The translations under genes and the position numbers were made by a program. Shown one piece after another: positions 14,304-24,757 of a stretch of 62,650 nt of DNA (positions are counted from its first letter, which is position 1; every line of letters starts with the position of its first letter). The stretch comes from a virus. The notes beneath the pieces are model-generated. The model was not told where the DNA came from. It saw only the letters and a list, made by a program, of their open reading frames with translations, and searched no databases. The stretch lies in IMG/VR virus record IMGVR_UViG_3300034418_004553. One strand, given 5' to 3'.

Positions 14304-14731
14304 TGAAAAAGATTAAAGATACGGGCCTAGGTAAATGGTTGGCTAACAAAGCACCGAACGTACTTGATGTAGTTGGTGAGATGTTACCAGATCAAGGGGC
14401 ACTAGGCATAGTTAAAAACCTTATTGATAAAGACCCTGAGGTAGATACAGAAGCTGGTAAAGCCGCTGTAGAAGCTGAGGTTCAGTTTCAAAACAATGTA
14501 AGCGAAAGATGGAAAGCTGATATGGGTAGCGATGTAAAGCTAGCTAAGATGATCAGACCACTGACACTTATCGCTTTAATGAGTATGTTTATGCTAACAA
14601 TGGTTTTTGATAGCATGGACAACTTACCTTTCAATGTTAAAGATTCATATGTAGATTTACTACAGATACTTATGCTAACTGCTTTCGGTGCATACTTTGC
14701 TGGTAGATCAATAGAAAAAGTAAAAAAATAA
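14303..14731 (+). CDS. Membrane protein with two C-terminal TM segments (possible holin)
   Basis: 142 aa. Hydrophobic stretches IRPLTLIALMSMFMLTMVF and LLQILMLTAFGAYFAG. The holin role is a guess. Confidence 0.4.
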   Translation: MKKIKDTGLGKWLANKAPNVLDVVGEMLPDQGALGIVKNLIDKDPEVDTEAGKAAVEAEVQFQNNVSERWKADMGSDVKLAKMIRPLTLIALMSMFMLTMVFDSMDNLPFNVKDSYVDLLQILMLTAFGAYFAGRSIEKVKK

Positions 14732-14732
14732 A

Positions 14733-15122
14733 ATGGGAATTAATTCAACAGAAGTTTCATACGGCTTCGGACAATTAGGATCTGCTTTCAACGATGGAAC
14801 AGCTGTAATGGCTCCTCCAACAGGTAAAGTTTTTGTAGCTATAACTATGCTAACAGACACAACATTTGATACAAGTGCTGGTTTAGTAGCAGACAACGAC
14901 AGCAGCAATGGTTTAGAGTATGTAGGAACTGTTTTTGCTAGAGATACTGATGGCACAGCAAACGATGCTGCTCACGATGAATCATCATCTACCGCTACTC
15001 TTGGTTCTGGCGGTGTTGTAGTTGACGTTAGTAACACGTTTCCAAAAGGTATCACTATATACGGTAGATGGACGAGCATTAACCCAGCTTCAGGTAGTTT
15101 TATAGCTTATATTGGTAACTAA
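14733..15122 (+). CDS. Hypothetical protein
   Basis: 129-aa ORF. Confidence 0.55.
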   Translation: MGINSTEVSYGFGQLGSAFNDGTAVMAPPTGKVFVAITMLTDTTFDTSAGLVADNDSSNGLEYVGTVFARDTDGTANDAAHDESSSTATLGSGGVVVDVSNTFPKGITIYGRWTSINPASGSFIAYIGN

Positions 15123-15889
15123 TGTTAGGGTTAGGAGCTAGCTTATTATCACCGTACGTAGAAGGGGTAGTACCGTATTCGAACACGAAGTCTCTGGATT
15201 GTGATTTATCTCAAAGTAACGGTGTTAATACAAATTACGATCCTCAGTCGCTTATTAGAGCGAGTCACAGCTGGAGTTGGTGGATGAAACCAGATGATGG
15301 CCGTCCATCATCGGCTTACACTGTATTTGGTCAGAGTGAAACTAATGACGCTAATAACAACTATAGAATCACCATTGGAACAAATGGTACGATGGGTTTT
15401 TATTGGTACTCTAACGGTGATATTGCTTTAACGCAGACAACGGCAGCTATGTTTAGCGATGGAGCTCAGTCAGACTTCACTCACTTTGTGTTGACTAGAG
15501 ACCATTCTGGTACGGATGTAGTTCACAAGCTATATAAAAACAGTATAGAATTTAGTGTGACTATTTTAGCTGGTTTCAATGTAACTTCAGCTAACGCCGC
15601 ACTTTATGACTCTAATAGTGTTCCGTTAGGTATTGACGGTATGAATAGTAAAACCACTGTTCAGTTAAGTGGCGGTTTCGATGGTTTAATTGATGAATTT
15701 GCTGCTTTCACAAAAGTTTTATCTCCTAGTGAGGTTACGGCTATTTACAACGGCGGTACTCCTAAAGACGAAAGCGGCCACGACGGGCTAGAGCTATACT
15801 ACAGATTCGAAGACAACCTTGTAGATACAGCTGGAACAAGTAACGGAAGTGCTGTCGGAACAGTTACATTCAGCTCAACAACACCTTAA
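15122..15889 (+). CDS. LamG/concanavalin-A-like lectin domain protein
   Basis: 255 aa. GLIDEFAAFTKVLSPSEVTAIYNGG is the typical C-terminal LamG signature (DE-x-R/A-hy-x-x-x-L-S-x-x-E-hy). Confidence 0.5.
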   Translation: MLGLGASLLSPYVEGVVPYSNTKSLDCDLSQSNGVNTNYDPQSLIRASHSWSWWMKPDDGRPSSAYTVFGQSETNDANNNYRITIGTNGTMGFYWYSNGDIALTQTTAAMFSDGAQSDFTHFVLTRDHSGTDVVHKLYKNSIEFSVTILAGFNVTSANAALYDSNSVPLGIDGMNSKTTVQLSGGFDGLIDEFAAFTKVLSPSEVTAIYNGGTPKDESGHDGLELYYRFEDNLVDTAGTSNGSAVGTVTFSSTTP

Positions 15890-15890
15890 C

Positions 15891-16100
15891 ATGAAGTACA
15901 TAATACTAAACAGCGACGAACTGTTAGACGAAAAGGATACTCTAGCAAGTAAAGACCTAATAGCTGGATCTGATAATACAGTTTTAGTAAGTTACGAAAC
16001 GGTTCCTGCCAAGTACAGTTCTAAGACGACTTATACGAGATCACAAGTTGAAACGATGATGAGAGACTCGTCTAACACTTATTATCTACAAGGATTTTAA
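15891..16100 (+). CDS. Hypothetical protein (start trimmed to ATG 15891)
   Basis: Track ORF 15849..16100. The internal ATG follows directly after the upstream stop. Confidence 0.5.
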   Translation: MKYIILNSDELLDEKDTLASKDLIAGSDNTVLVSYETVPAKYSSKTTYTRSQVETMMRDSSNTYYLQGF

Positions 16101-16131
16101 ACAAACAATTTTAATTTAATATAATTTAATT

Positions 16132-16410
16132 ATGGGAAAAAAGAAAAACAAGGTCGTAGACCTAAAGCCAGAGAAGATCTCTGAAGAAGAGCTAATACAG
16201 CTAAGAAATGTTGTGTCAGCAATTAACAAGTTGCAGTTCGATATCGGAACTATTGAAGTTCAAAAACATAATGCATTACACGCTTTGTTTGAAGGTAACG
16301 ATAAGCTAAATGAAATGCAATCTAATTTTAAAGAAAAGTACGGAACTGATGATGTAAATATTCAGGACGGTACTATTAAATACAAAAACGATGAGCCATC
16401 TGATTCGTAA
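16132..16410 (+). CDS. Hypothetical protein
   Basis: 92-aa ORF. Confidence 0.55.
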   Translation: MGKKKNKVVDLKPEKISEEELIQLRNVVSAINKLQFDIGTIEVQKHNALHALFEGNDKLNEMQSNFKEKYGTDDVNIQDGTIKYKNDEPSDS

Positions 16411-16612
16411 GATCACGATCGGTAAAGATTATAAAAATGACGCCATGCACTATTCTGTTGGACAGGAAGTGTATGGTGGTCATACCATCTGTGATATTTT
16501 AGAAGAAACTGAAAAGTACTCTATATACATTAGAAAAGACAAAGCCGTTATTCCTTGGAAGGACTTTAATAAGAACATGGCTATATCTGTAGAGTATAAT
16601 TTAGAGTACTAA
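16391..16612 (+). CDS. Hypothetical protein
   Basis: 73-aa ORF, 20-nt overlap with the upstream gene. Confidence 0.5.
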   Translation: MSHLIRKITIGKDYKNDAMHYSVGQEVYGGHTICDILEETEKYSIYIRKDKAVIPWKDFNKNMAISVEYNLEY

Positions 16613-17202
16613 TGCGAGGATTATACAACTTTATTGTAGAGCCTATTGGAGAGCGATACGACAACACTACTAAAGTTGGAGACAAAGAGTTAATACTCAA
16701 CACCGATATATCAGACCACTCACACGTTAATAGATTAGCTAGAGTTATATCTGTACCTAGGTTTACTAATTACGATATAAAAGAAGGTGACACAGTTATA
16801 GTTCACTTTAACGTGTTTAGGCGTTGGCATGATGTAAAGGGCCGTGAGCGTAATAGCAGATCGTACTACGAAGAAAATAGATACTTTGTAAACTACGATC
16901 AGATATTTTTGTACAAGCGTGACGAAGAGTGGGTATGCCCACAAGGTTATTGCTTTGTGCAACCTATTAAGGACAATAGCAAGTTAAGCGTCGATACTGA
17001 AAGACCCTTAGTTGGTGTTGTTAAACATACTGATGGCAGAGCAGAGCTAAACTCACTTATTGGTTTTAGACCAAATACAGAGTGTGAGTTTATTATTGAT
17101 GGTAAAAGGTTGTACCGAATACCATCTCAATTTATTACAATTAAATATGAATATCAAGGAGACGAAGAAGAGTATAATCCAAGCTGGGCAAATAGCCGTT
17201 AA
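16612..17202 (+). CDS. Hypothetical protein whose N-terminal segment resembles a GroES/gp31-type barrel
   Basis: 196 aa. IVEPIGERYDNTTKVGDKELILNTD...ARVISVP...IKEGDTVIVH loosely follows the Cpn10 pattern. Weak call. Confidence 0.35.
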   Translation: MRGLYNFIVEPIGERYDNTTKVGDKELILNTDISDHSHVNRLARVISVPRFTNYDIKEGDTVIVHFNVFRRWHDVKGRERNSRSYYEENRYFVNYDQIFLYKRDEEWVCPQGYCFVQPIKDNSKLSVDTERPLVGVVKHTDGRAELNSLIGFRPNTECEFIIDGKRLYRIPSQFITIKYEYQGDEEEYNPSWANSR

Positions 17203-17425
17203 TGAGCTTATCAAAGTAGCAGAAGAAAAGATCATCACCAACACTGAAGATGATGTATCTGCTGATAGGCTTAAGAACGCAGCTGCCACAAAGAAGCTTG
17301 CGATCTTCGATGCCTTCGAGATATTATCCAGAATCCAAGAAGAACAAAACTTACTAGATGGTAAGTCTCCAGAAGAAAAGAAAGAGCGTGTCTTCAAGGG
17401 TTTTGCTGAAGGTAGATCAAAGTGA
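17147..17425 (+). CDS. Hypothetical protein immediately upstream of terL (possible small terminase)
   Basis: Track ORF 17060..17425. ATG 17147 minimises the overlap. The position before TerL is the only support for a TerS role. Confidence 0.3.
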   Translation: MNIKETKKSIIQAGQIAVNELIKVAEEKIITNTEDDVSADRLKNAAATKKLAIFDAFEILSRIQEEQNLLDGKSPEEKKERVFKGFAEGRSK

Positions 17426-19644
17426 TGTACGAGCAGAGTTTAGTAAAGGTTGTAGAACCAATTAAGAAAACAACTATCACGAGACTTAATCGTGGTAAGA
17501 AATGGAAATACGGTTATGATAAAGACCATGATATCGTTGTTGTATCGAAAACTGGGCAGATCGGCGAAATCCTTGAAATCCAAGGGTTGCAAATTGCACT
17601 GCCTAGAGTGCCCACCGGGAATGTGCTTCAACATAAAGAAGATAAATGGGTAAGAGCTGAATACCCAAAAGAGCTAGGCCGTATAAAAAGTATATTCGAC
17701 TGGAGAGATTATCCAGACGAACAAAAAGAAAAGTGGTACGACTATATTGACGAAGAGTTCAAGCGCAGAGACGAAGGATTCTGGTTTACTAATAAAGGCA
17801 TACCGACATACATAACAGGTGCACATTACATGTACCTACAGTGGAGTAAGATTGATGTTGGAGCTCCAGATTTTAGAGAGGCAAACAGACTATTCTTTAT
17901 ATTCTGGGAAGCCTGTAAAGCTGATAAGAGATGCTATGGGATGTGCTACCTTAAAAACCGTCGTTCAGGTTTCTCGTTTATGTCATCAGCTGAAACAGTT
18001 AACTTAGCCACTATATCGAGTGATAGTAGATATGGGATACTCTCTAAGTCTGGAGCCGATGCAAAGAAGATGTTTACTGATAAGGTTGTACCTATATCTA
18101 TAAATTATCCTTTCTTCTTCAAGCCAATACAAGACGGTATGGACCGTCCAAAGTCTGAGCTCGCGTACAGAGTTCCGGCTAGTAAGTTTACTCGTAAGAA
18201 AATACAGAGTAACGAACAGCTTGAGGAGATAGTAGGGCTTGATACTACGATTGACTGGAAGAACACTGGTGACAATAGTTACGATGGTGAGAAGTTAAAT
18301 CTGTTAGTACACGATGAGAGTGGTAAGTGGGAGAAGCCCGATAATATATTAAACAACTGGCGAGTTACTAAAACCTGTTTAAGGCTAGGTAGTAAGATCG
18401 TTGGTAAGTGCTTAATGGGTAGTACCAGTAATGCACTTGACAAGGGTGGAGATAACTTTAAAAAACTATACAATGATTCTGACGTCAAACGACGAAATCG
18501 TAATGGACAAACGAAGTCTGGGCTTTATTCTCTCTTTATCCCGATGGAATGGAACTATGAAGGATTTATTGACGAGTACGGACTTCCAGTCTTTGATAGT
18601 CGAAGTGATGATGTACGATATGGACCAGACGGTGAATTAATTGATGTTGGAGTTATAGATCATTGGGAAAACGAAGCTGATGGTTTAAAAGATGACCAAG
18701 ACGCTTTAAACGAATTTTACAGACAGTTTCCTCGCACTGAAGAACACGCGTTCAGAGACGAAACAAAGAATAGTATATTTAATTTAATGAAGATCTACGA
18801 GCAGATCGATTTTAACGAAGGTAGCAGATACAATGCTCACGTTACTCGAGGAAGCTTTGGTTGGGTTAATGGTGTTAAAGATACACAAGTGGTATTTCAC
18901 CCAGATCCAAACGGTAGGTTTAGTGTTAGCTGGGTGCCGCCTGCTAGCTTACAAAATAGGCAGATTATAAAAAATGGAATACGATATCCTGGCAATGAAC
19001 ACGTTGGTGCTTTTGGATGTGATAGTTACGATATTAGTGGGACTGTCGATGGTAAAGGTTCTAAAGGAGCATTACACGGATTAACAAAATTCTCTATGGA
19101 AGACGCACCTTCGAGTACGTTCTTTCTAGAATATATAGCAAGACCACAAACCGCAGAGATATTCTTTGAAGATGTTTTAATGGCATTAGTATTTTACGGG
19201 ATGCCTTTACTTGCGGAGAACAATAAACCACGTCTACTGTATTATATACGCCGTAGAGGATACAGAGGTTATAGTATGAACAGACCAGATAAGTCTTGGA
19301 AGAAGTTATCGACAGCTGAGAAAGAAGTTGGTGGTATACCTAACTCAAGCGAAGATATCAAGCAGGCCCACGCATCAGCTATTGAAATGTATATCAACGA
19401 TCATGTTGGTCACAAAGGAGATGGTGAGTATGGAACGATGTATTTCAACGATACGCTGCTTGATTGGTCTAGGTTTGATATAAATAAAAGAACTAAGCAT
19501 GATGCTTCGATAAGTTCAGGCTTAGCTATTATGGCTTGCAATAAACATTTGTACGCACCTAATCCAGATAGACAAAAGACACCATTAAGTTTGACTATAT
19601 CTAAATACGATAATAAAGGGTACACATCCCAAATAATTAAATAA
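17422..19644 (+). CDS. terL: Terminase large subunit
   Basis: 740 aa. Walker-B-like LLVHDESGKW, RNaseH-like nuclease Asp block GAFGCDSYD. Directly followed by the portal-sized gene. Confidence 0.65.
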   Translation: MMYEQSLVKVVEPIKKTTITRLNRGKKWKYGYDKDHDIVVVSKTGQIGEILEIQGLQIALPRVPTGNVLQHKEDKWVRAEYPKELGRIKSIFDWRDYPDEQKEKWYDYIDEEFKRRDEGFWFTNKGIPTYITGAHYMYLQWSKIDVGAPDFREANRLFFIFWEACKADKRCYGMCYLKNRRSGFSFMSSAETVNLATISSDSRYGILSKSGADAKKMFTDKVVPISINYPFFFKPIQDGMDRPKSELAYRVPASKFTRKKIQSNEQLEEIVGLDTTIDWKNTGDNSYDGEKLNLLVHDESGKWEKPDNILNNWRVTKTCLRLGSKIVGKCLMGSTSNALDKGGDNFKKLYNDSDVKRRNRNGQTKSGLYSLFIPMEWNYEGFIDEYGLPVFDSRSDDVRYGPDGELIDVGVIDHWENEADGLKDDQDALNEFYRQFPRTEEHAFRDETKNSIFNLMKIYEQIDFNEGSRYNAHVTRGSFGWVNGVKDTQVVFHPDPNGRFSVSWVPPASLQNRQIIKNGIRYPGNEHVGAFGCDSYDISGTVDGKGSKGALHGLTKFSMEDAPSSTFFLEYIARPQTAEIFFEDVLMALVFYGMPLLAENNKPRLLYYIRRRGYRGYSMNRPDKSWKKLSTAEKEVGGIPNSSEDIKQAHASAIEMYINDHVGHKGDGEYGTMYFNDTLLDWSRFDINKRTKHDASISSGLAIMACNKHLYAPNPDRQKTPLSLTISKYDNKGYTSQIIK

Positions 19645-19647
19645 AGC

Positions 19648-22008
19648 ATGGCTGAGTCAGTATATGTTAATTTTCCTTCTCAAGTAGTTAGCGACTTAGA
19701 GAAAATGAGCCCAGAGTATGGGCTTAAAATAGCGAAAGCTATTGAGCAGGAGTGGTTCAATGGTGTACAGTCTAATAGATATGTGGATACTCAAAATAAA
19801 TTCCACAGACTAAGACTATACGCTAGAGGCGAACAATCAATACAAAAATACAAAGATGAATTATCTATTAACGGTGATTTATCTTATCTTAACTTAGACT
19901 GGAAGCCAGTTCCAATTATTCCTAAGTTCGTTGACATTGTTGTTAACGGTATGTCTGAGCGTATGTTCGATGTTAAAGCATACTCACAAGATCAATATGG
20001 CGTAAGCAAACGAACTGAATATATGGAGTCTCTTATTAGAGACATGCAGGCTAAGACATATAATGATCAAGCTGCAAAGCTTTTTAACGTAGACTTATAC
20101 GAAAACGACAAAGAAGAATTACCTGACACTCAAGAAGAGTTAGAACTACATATGCAGCTTAACTATAAGCAAGCTGTAGAGTTAGCTGAAGAGCAAGCTA
20201 TTAACGTATTGCTCGATGGTAATAAATACGATTTAACTAGAAGAAGATTAATACACGATATTACTGTGCTAGGTATCGCTTGCGTTAAGACTGGTTTCAA
20301 CACTAGCCAAGGCGTAACAGTAGAATACGTAGACCCAGCTAATATAGTTTATTCATATACAGACTCTCCGTACTTTGACGACATCTATTATGTAGGTGAA
20401 GTAAAGACGTTATCGATTAACGAACTGGTAAGAGAGTTTCCACAACTAACTCAGTCTGATCTTGAAGAAGTAAAGAAGAGCTCTTACAGGCCTAGACGTA
20501 AGTACAATAGAGTTGAAGTAAGAGATCAGAACAAAGTTCAAGTTTTATACTTTAACTACAAGACTTATATGAACGACACATATAAGTTGAAAGAGACTGG
20601 TAGCGGAGGCGAGAAAGCTATACCAAAAGATGATACGTTTAATCCACCAGAAAACAAAGAAGGTGGATACGCTAAACTACAGAGAGCTGTAGAAGTAGTA
20701 TACGAAGGTGCGGTTGTTGTTGGTATTGACAAACTACTTAAGTGGAACATTTGTGAAAACATGATGCGTAGTAAGTCTGACTTCAACAAAGTTAAGATGA
20801 ACTACAACATCGTAGCACCACACCTATACGATAACCGTATTGAGTCACTGGTTAGTAGAATCACTGGGTTCGCAGATATGATTCAGCTTACGCACCTGAA
20901 GCTACAACAGGTTATGTCTCGTATGGTACCGGACGGTGTATACCTTGACGCAGATGGATTAGCTGAAGTTGATTTAGGTAATGGCACCAACTACAACCCG
21001 CAAGAAGCACTTAACATGTTCTTCCAAACAGGTTCTGTTATTGGTAGATCGTTTACTCAAGACGGTGATCCTAATCCAGGTAAAATACCTATTCAGCAAA
21101 TTAGCAATGGCGCAGGTCAAGATAAGATCGGTAGCTTGATTAGTACGTACAACTACTACCTACAAATGATCCGTGATGTAACGGGTCTTAACGAAGCTAG
21201 AGATGGCAGTATGCCAGATCCTAAGTCTTTAGTAGGTGTTCAGAAGCTAGCTGCTGCAAACTCAAATGTAGCTACTAGACATATTCTACTAGGCTCAATG
21301 TACTTGACATCTGAAGTTGCTGAGTCATTATCTCTTAGAATATCTGACGTGTTAGAGTATTCACCAACAGCTGATGCGTTTGTTCAGTCTATTGGTGCTC
21401 ATAATGCAGCTACGTTAAAAGAAATGTCTGAGCTATATCTATATGACTTCGGTATATTTATCGAGCTCACGCCAGACGAAGAAGAAAAACAACTTCTTGA
21501 AAACAATATACAAACAGCGCTAGGTCAACAGCTAATAGATTTAGACGATGCTATTGATATTCGTGAGATTAGAAACGTAAGGTTAGCTAATCAACTGTTG
21601 AAAATTAAGCGCAAGAAAAAACAAGAACGTGATCAAAAGATCCAGCAAGAAAACATCAAGGCGCAAGCAGACGCGAACGCGCAAGCTCAACAAGCCGCTG
21701 CTCAAGCTGAGGTACAGAAAAATCAGGCAAAAACTCAAGCGGACATGCAACTCGAGCAAGTAAGAGCTCAAGGTAGATTAAACCAGCTAGAAGCTGAGGT
21801 AAGACTAAAGAAAGAGCTTATGCAGTTTGAGTTTGAGTTAAACCAAAAGCTACGTGATCAAGAGCGTGGCCAAGCAATGAAATTAGAGCAAGTTAAGCAA
21901 GACGGAAAAGTTAAGCAAGAACAAGCTAAAAAATTCGAGTCTTCAGGTAATGATATACTTGGAAGCGGAGTGGGTTTAGACAAGTTCAACCCACAAATAG
22001 GAAATTAA
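19648..22008 (+). CDS. Portal protein
   Basis: 786 aa. Position between terL and scaffold/capsid. C-terminal Q/K/E-rich coiled tail. Confidence 0.6.
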   Translation: MAESVYVNFPSQVVSDLEKMSPEYGLKIAKAIEQEWFNGVQSNRYVDTQNKFHRLRLYARGEQSIQKYKDELSINGDLSYLNLDWKPVPIIPKFVDIVVNGMSERMFDVKAYSQDQYGVSKRTEYMESLIRDMQAKTYNDQAAKLFNVDLYENDKEELPDTQEELELHMQLNYKQAVELAEEQAINVLLDGNKYDLTRRRLIHDITVLGIACVKTGFNTSQGVTVEYVDPANIVYSYTDSPYFDDIYYVGEVKTLSINELVREFPQLTQSDLEEVKKSSYRPRRKYNRVEVRDQNKVQVLYFNYKTYMNDTYKLKETGSGGEKAIPKDDTFNPPENKEGGYAKLQRAVEVVYEGAVVVGIDKLLKWNICENMMRSKSDFNKVKMNYNIVAPHLYDNRIESLVSRITGFADMIQLTHLKLQQVMSRMVPDGVYLDADGLAEVDLGNGTNYNPQEALNMFFQTGSVIGRSFTQDGDPNPGKIPIQQISNGAGQDKIGSLISTYNYYLQMIRDVTGLNEARDGSMPDPKSLVGVQKLAAANSNVATRHILLGSMYLTSEVAESLSLRISDVLEYSPTADAFVQSIGAHNAATLKEMSELYLYDFGIFIELTPDEEEKQLLENNIQTALGQQLIDLDDAIDIREIRNVRLANQLLKIKRKKKQERDQKIQQENIKAQADANAQAQQAAAQAEVQKNQAKTQADMQLEQVRAQGRLNQLEAEVRLKKELMQFEFELNQKLRDQERGQAMKLEQVKQDGKVKQEQAKKFESSGNDILGSGVGLDKFNPQIGN

Positions 22009-22025
22009 TTATATAATATTTTATC

Positions 22026-23201
22026 ATGGAAGAAAACAAACAAACAGATCTTGAGGATGTAATCCAAGAGGTCGAGCAAGAAACGTCTGAGGTTGAAGAG
22101 ACTAACGAAGTTGTTGAAGAACAACCTGAGTTAGACTTAGAAAAGTTCGAAAGTAAAGATGACCCTAATGTTATTAAGGTAGACTTATCGCAGCCAACTA
22201 CTGAAGAACCTCAAGTTGAAGAGGTTGTGGAAGAAGTTGTAGAGCAAACTGAAGAGCCAGTTATTGAAGCTGTAGAAGAAAACGCTACGCTACAAGAGGT
22301 AACTGATGAAGACGTACAGGATTTTAAAGAAGAAGTAGTTGAAGCTATAGATCAAGCTGAAGCTAGTGGCGAACCTCTACCAGAGAACGTTCAGAAGCTA
22401 CTTGATTTCATGGCAGATACAGGTGGTGATCTCGAAGATTACGTTAGATTAAACCGTGATATTCAAGATATCGATGATCAAGACGCTCTACGAGAGTACT
22501 ACCAAAGAACTAAACCGCATCTATCATCAGATGAAGTTGACTTTCTAATGGAAGATCAATTTGCTTATGATGAATCAATAGATGACGACAGAGATATTAA
22601 ACGAAAGAAATTAGCCCGAAAAGAGCAAGTTGCTGAGGCTAAAGCCTACTTAGACGGGCAAAAGTCTAAATACTACGAAGAGATTAAAGCTGGAAGTAAG
22701 CTCACTCCTGAGCAGCAGAAGGCAATTGATTTTTTCAACCGATACAATAAAGAGTCTGAGCAAACGCAGAAGACTGCAGAAAGACAGAAGTTAGTTTTTA
22801 ACAAGAAGACCAATCAGGTTTTTAACGACAGTTTCAAAGGTTTTGATTATAACGTCGGAGATAAAACATACAGGTACTCAGTTAAAAATACTGACCAAGT
22901 GAAAGACACGCAGAGCGACATCAACAATTTCGTTAGAAAGTTTCTAAACGAAGACAATACGATGGAAGATGCAAATGGTTATCACAAGAGTCTTTTTACA
23001 GCCATGAACGCGGATGCTATCGCTAGACACTTCTACGAACAAGGAAAGGCTGATGCTTTAAAAGATACAGTAGCTAAGTCTAAAAATGTTAATATGGATC
23101 CAAGACAATCGCATAGTGCGGTTGAAGCGGGTGGTATTAAAGTTCGTGTGTTAGGCGATGATTCAAGCTCTTTTAAATTTAAAATTAAAAACAAAAAGTA
23201 A
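22026..23201 (+). CDS. Scaffolding protein
   Basis: 391 aa. Extremely acidic E/V-rich N-terminal third. Position between portal and capsid. Confidence 0.5.
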   Translation: MEENKQTDLEDVIQEVEQETSEVEETNEVVEEQPELDLEKFESKDDPNVIKVDLSQPTTEEPQVEEVVEEVVEQTEEPVIEAVEENATLQEVTDEDVQDFKEEVVEAIDQAEASGEPLPENVQKLLDFMADTGGDLEDYVRLNRDIQDIDDQDALREYYQRTKPHLSSDEVDFLMEDQFAYDESIDDDRDIKRKKLARKEQVAEAKAYLDGQKSKYYEEIKAGSKLTPEQQKAIDFFNRYNKESEQTQKTAERQKLVFNKKTNQVFNDSFKGFDYNVGDKTYRYSVKNTDQVKDTQSDINNFVRKFLNEDNTMEDANGYHKSLFTAMNADAIARHFYEQGKADALKDTVAKSKNVNMDPRQSHSAVEAGGIKVRVLGDDSSSFKFKIKNKK

Positions 23202-23213
23202 AATTAAGAAATT

Positions 23214-24689
23214 ATGGCAATTACTGCAGGAGGTAATTTAAATAGCGTATTAGCACCACAGAAGGTGACGCTATCATCAAATTATTTAGATTTAGCTGCT
23301 ACAGCCAACGAAGGTTGGGCGCAGCAATATGTACCAGATCTAATGGAGAAAGAAGCTGAGGTGTTCGGTCCAAGAACAATCTCTGGTTTCCTTTCACAAG
23401 TTGGAGCTGAAGAAGCGATGACTGCTGACCAAGTTGTTTGGTCTGAGCAAGGTCGTTTACACCTTTCATACAAAGGTACAATGGATGTTGACGGTGGTGT
23501 CACTGGAGGTAACGGTGGTAAGTTCACTTGTACTACTGATATCGACGGTAACGCAATCACTACTACTCACGGTGTACGTGTTAACGATACTGTAATCTTA
23601 GCTTCTAATAACAAAGTTATTAAGGCTCTTGTTACTGAAGTAGATGGTGCCGCTATCGAAGTTGAACCATATGATGCTGCTGACTGTACGGGTCTTTCTG
23701 AAACTGCTAGCGCTACTACACTACTTGTGTACGGTTCTGAGTTTGCAAAGGGGACTAACTACAACAGCGCTGCTGCTGCTGCTACAGACCAGCGTGGAGC
23801 TAACGAGCCTACGTTCAAGTCTTTCAGCAACAAGCCTATCATTATCAAAGACTACTACGAAGTATCTGGATCAGATGCGTCTCGTATTGGTTGGGTAGAA
23901 GTAGCTGCTGAAGACGGTCAATCAGGATACCTTTGGTACCTAAAGGCTGAAGCTGACACTCGCGCTCGTTTCACTGATTACCTAGAAATGGCTTGTATTG
24001 AAGGTATCAAAGGTAGCGGTTCTAACGACGCTGACGCTTTCCTTGGTAGTGACGGTGATGCTATCGGTACTGAAGGTTTATTTGCTGCTATCGAAGATCG
24101 CGGTAACTTATCTTCTGGTATCACTGGTGTTAACGCTGCTACTGACCTAGCTGAGTTTGACGCTATTCTAGCTGAGTTCGATAAGCAAGGTGCTATTGAG
24201 GAAAACATGCTTTTCCTTAACCGTGCAACTTCTCTAGCTATTGACGATATGCTTGCATCTATGAACTCATACGGTGCTGGTGGTACTTCTTACGGAGTAT
24301 TTGATAACGACGAAGACATGGCTCTAAACCTTGGCTTCTCTGGTTTCCGTCGCGGATCTTACGACTTCTACAAGTCTGACTTCCGTTACTTAAACGATCA
24401 AGCTACTCGTGGAGGTATTAACGCTACTGCTGGTTCTGCTGCTATTCGCGGTGTTATTGTCCCAGCTGGTACTTCAACTGTATACGATCAGCAGTTAGGT
24501 AGAAACCTTAAGCGTCCGTTCCTACACGTACGTTACAGAGCTTCTCAAACTGATGACCGTCGCATGAAGACTTGGGTGACTGGTTCAGTAGGTGCTGCTA
24601 CATCTGCGCTTGACGCAATGCAGCTTCACATGCTATCTGAGCGTTGCTTAGTAGTTCAAGGCGCTAACAACTTCATGTTGTTAAACTAA
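23214..24689 (+). CDS. Major capsid protein
   Basis: 491 aa, A/G/T-rich. Position after the scaffold gene, followed by the strongest rho-independent terminator in the arm. Confidence 0.6.
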   Translation: MAITAGGNLNSVLAPQKVTLSSNYLDLAATANEGWAQQYVPDLMEKEAEVFGPRTISGFLSQVGAEEAMTADQVVWSEQGRLHLSYKGTMDVDGGVTGGNGGKFTCTTDIDGNAITTTHGVRVNDTVILASNNKVIKALVTEVDGAAIEVEPYDAADCTGLSETASATTLLVYGSEFAKGTNYNSAAAAATDQRGANEPTFKSFSNKPIIIKDYYEVSGSDASRIGWVEVAAEDGQSGYLWYLKAEADTRARFTDYLEMACIEGIKGSGSNDADAFLGSDGDAIGTEGLFAAIEDRGNLSSGITGVNAATDLAEFDAILAEFDKQGAIEENMLFLNRATSLAIDDMLASMNSYGAGGTSYGVFDNDEDMALNLGFSGFRRGSYDFYKSDFRYLNDQATRGGINATAGSAAIRGVIVPAGTSTVYDQQLGRNLKRPFLHVRYRASQTDDRRMKTWVTGSVGAATSALDAMQLHMLSERCLVVQGANNFMLLN

Positions 24690-24703
24690 TACTATACTGA
24701 CTG

Positions 24704-24738
24704 AAACTACCTCACCTTCGGGTGGGGTAGTTTTATAT
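24704..24738 (+). terminator. Rho-independent terminator
   Basis: 13-bp stem AAACTACCTCACC / GGTGGGGTAGTTT with TTCG loop, followed by a T-run. Confidence 0.85.
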
Positions 24739-24757
24739 TATTTAATTATATTATATT

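Noticed and set aside
16612-17425. Programmed ribosomal frameshift joining ORF 16612..17202 to the overlapping ORF 17060..17425
   Set aside because: The second frame is +1 relative to the first and I saw no slippery heptamer in the overlap. An internal ATG at 17147 gives an ordinary short overlap, so I treated them as separate genes.
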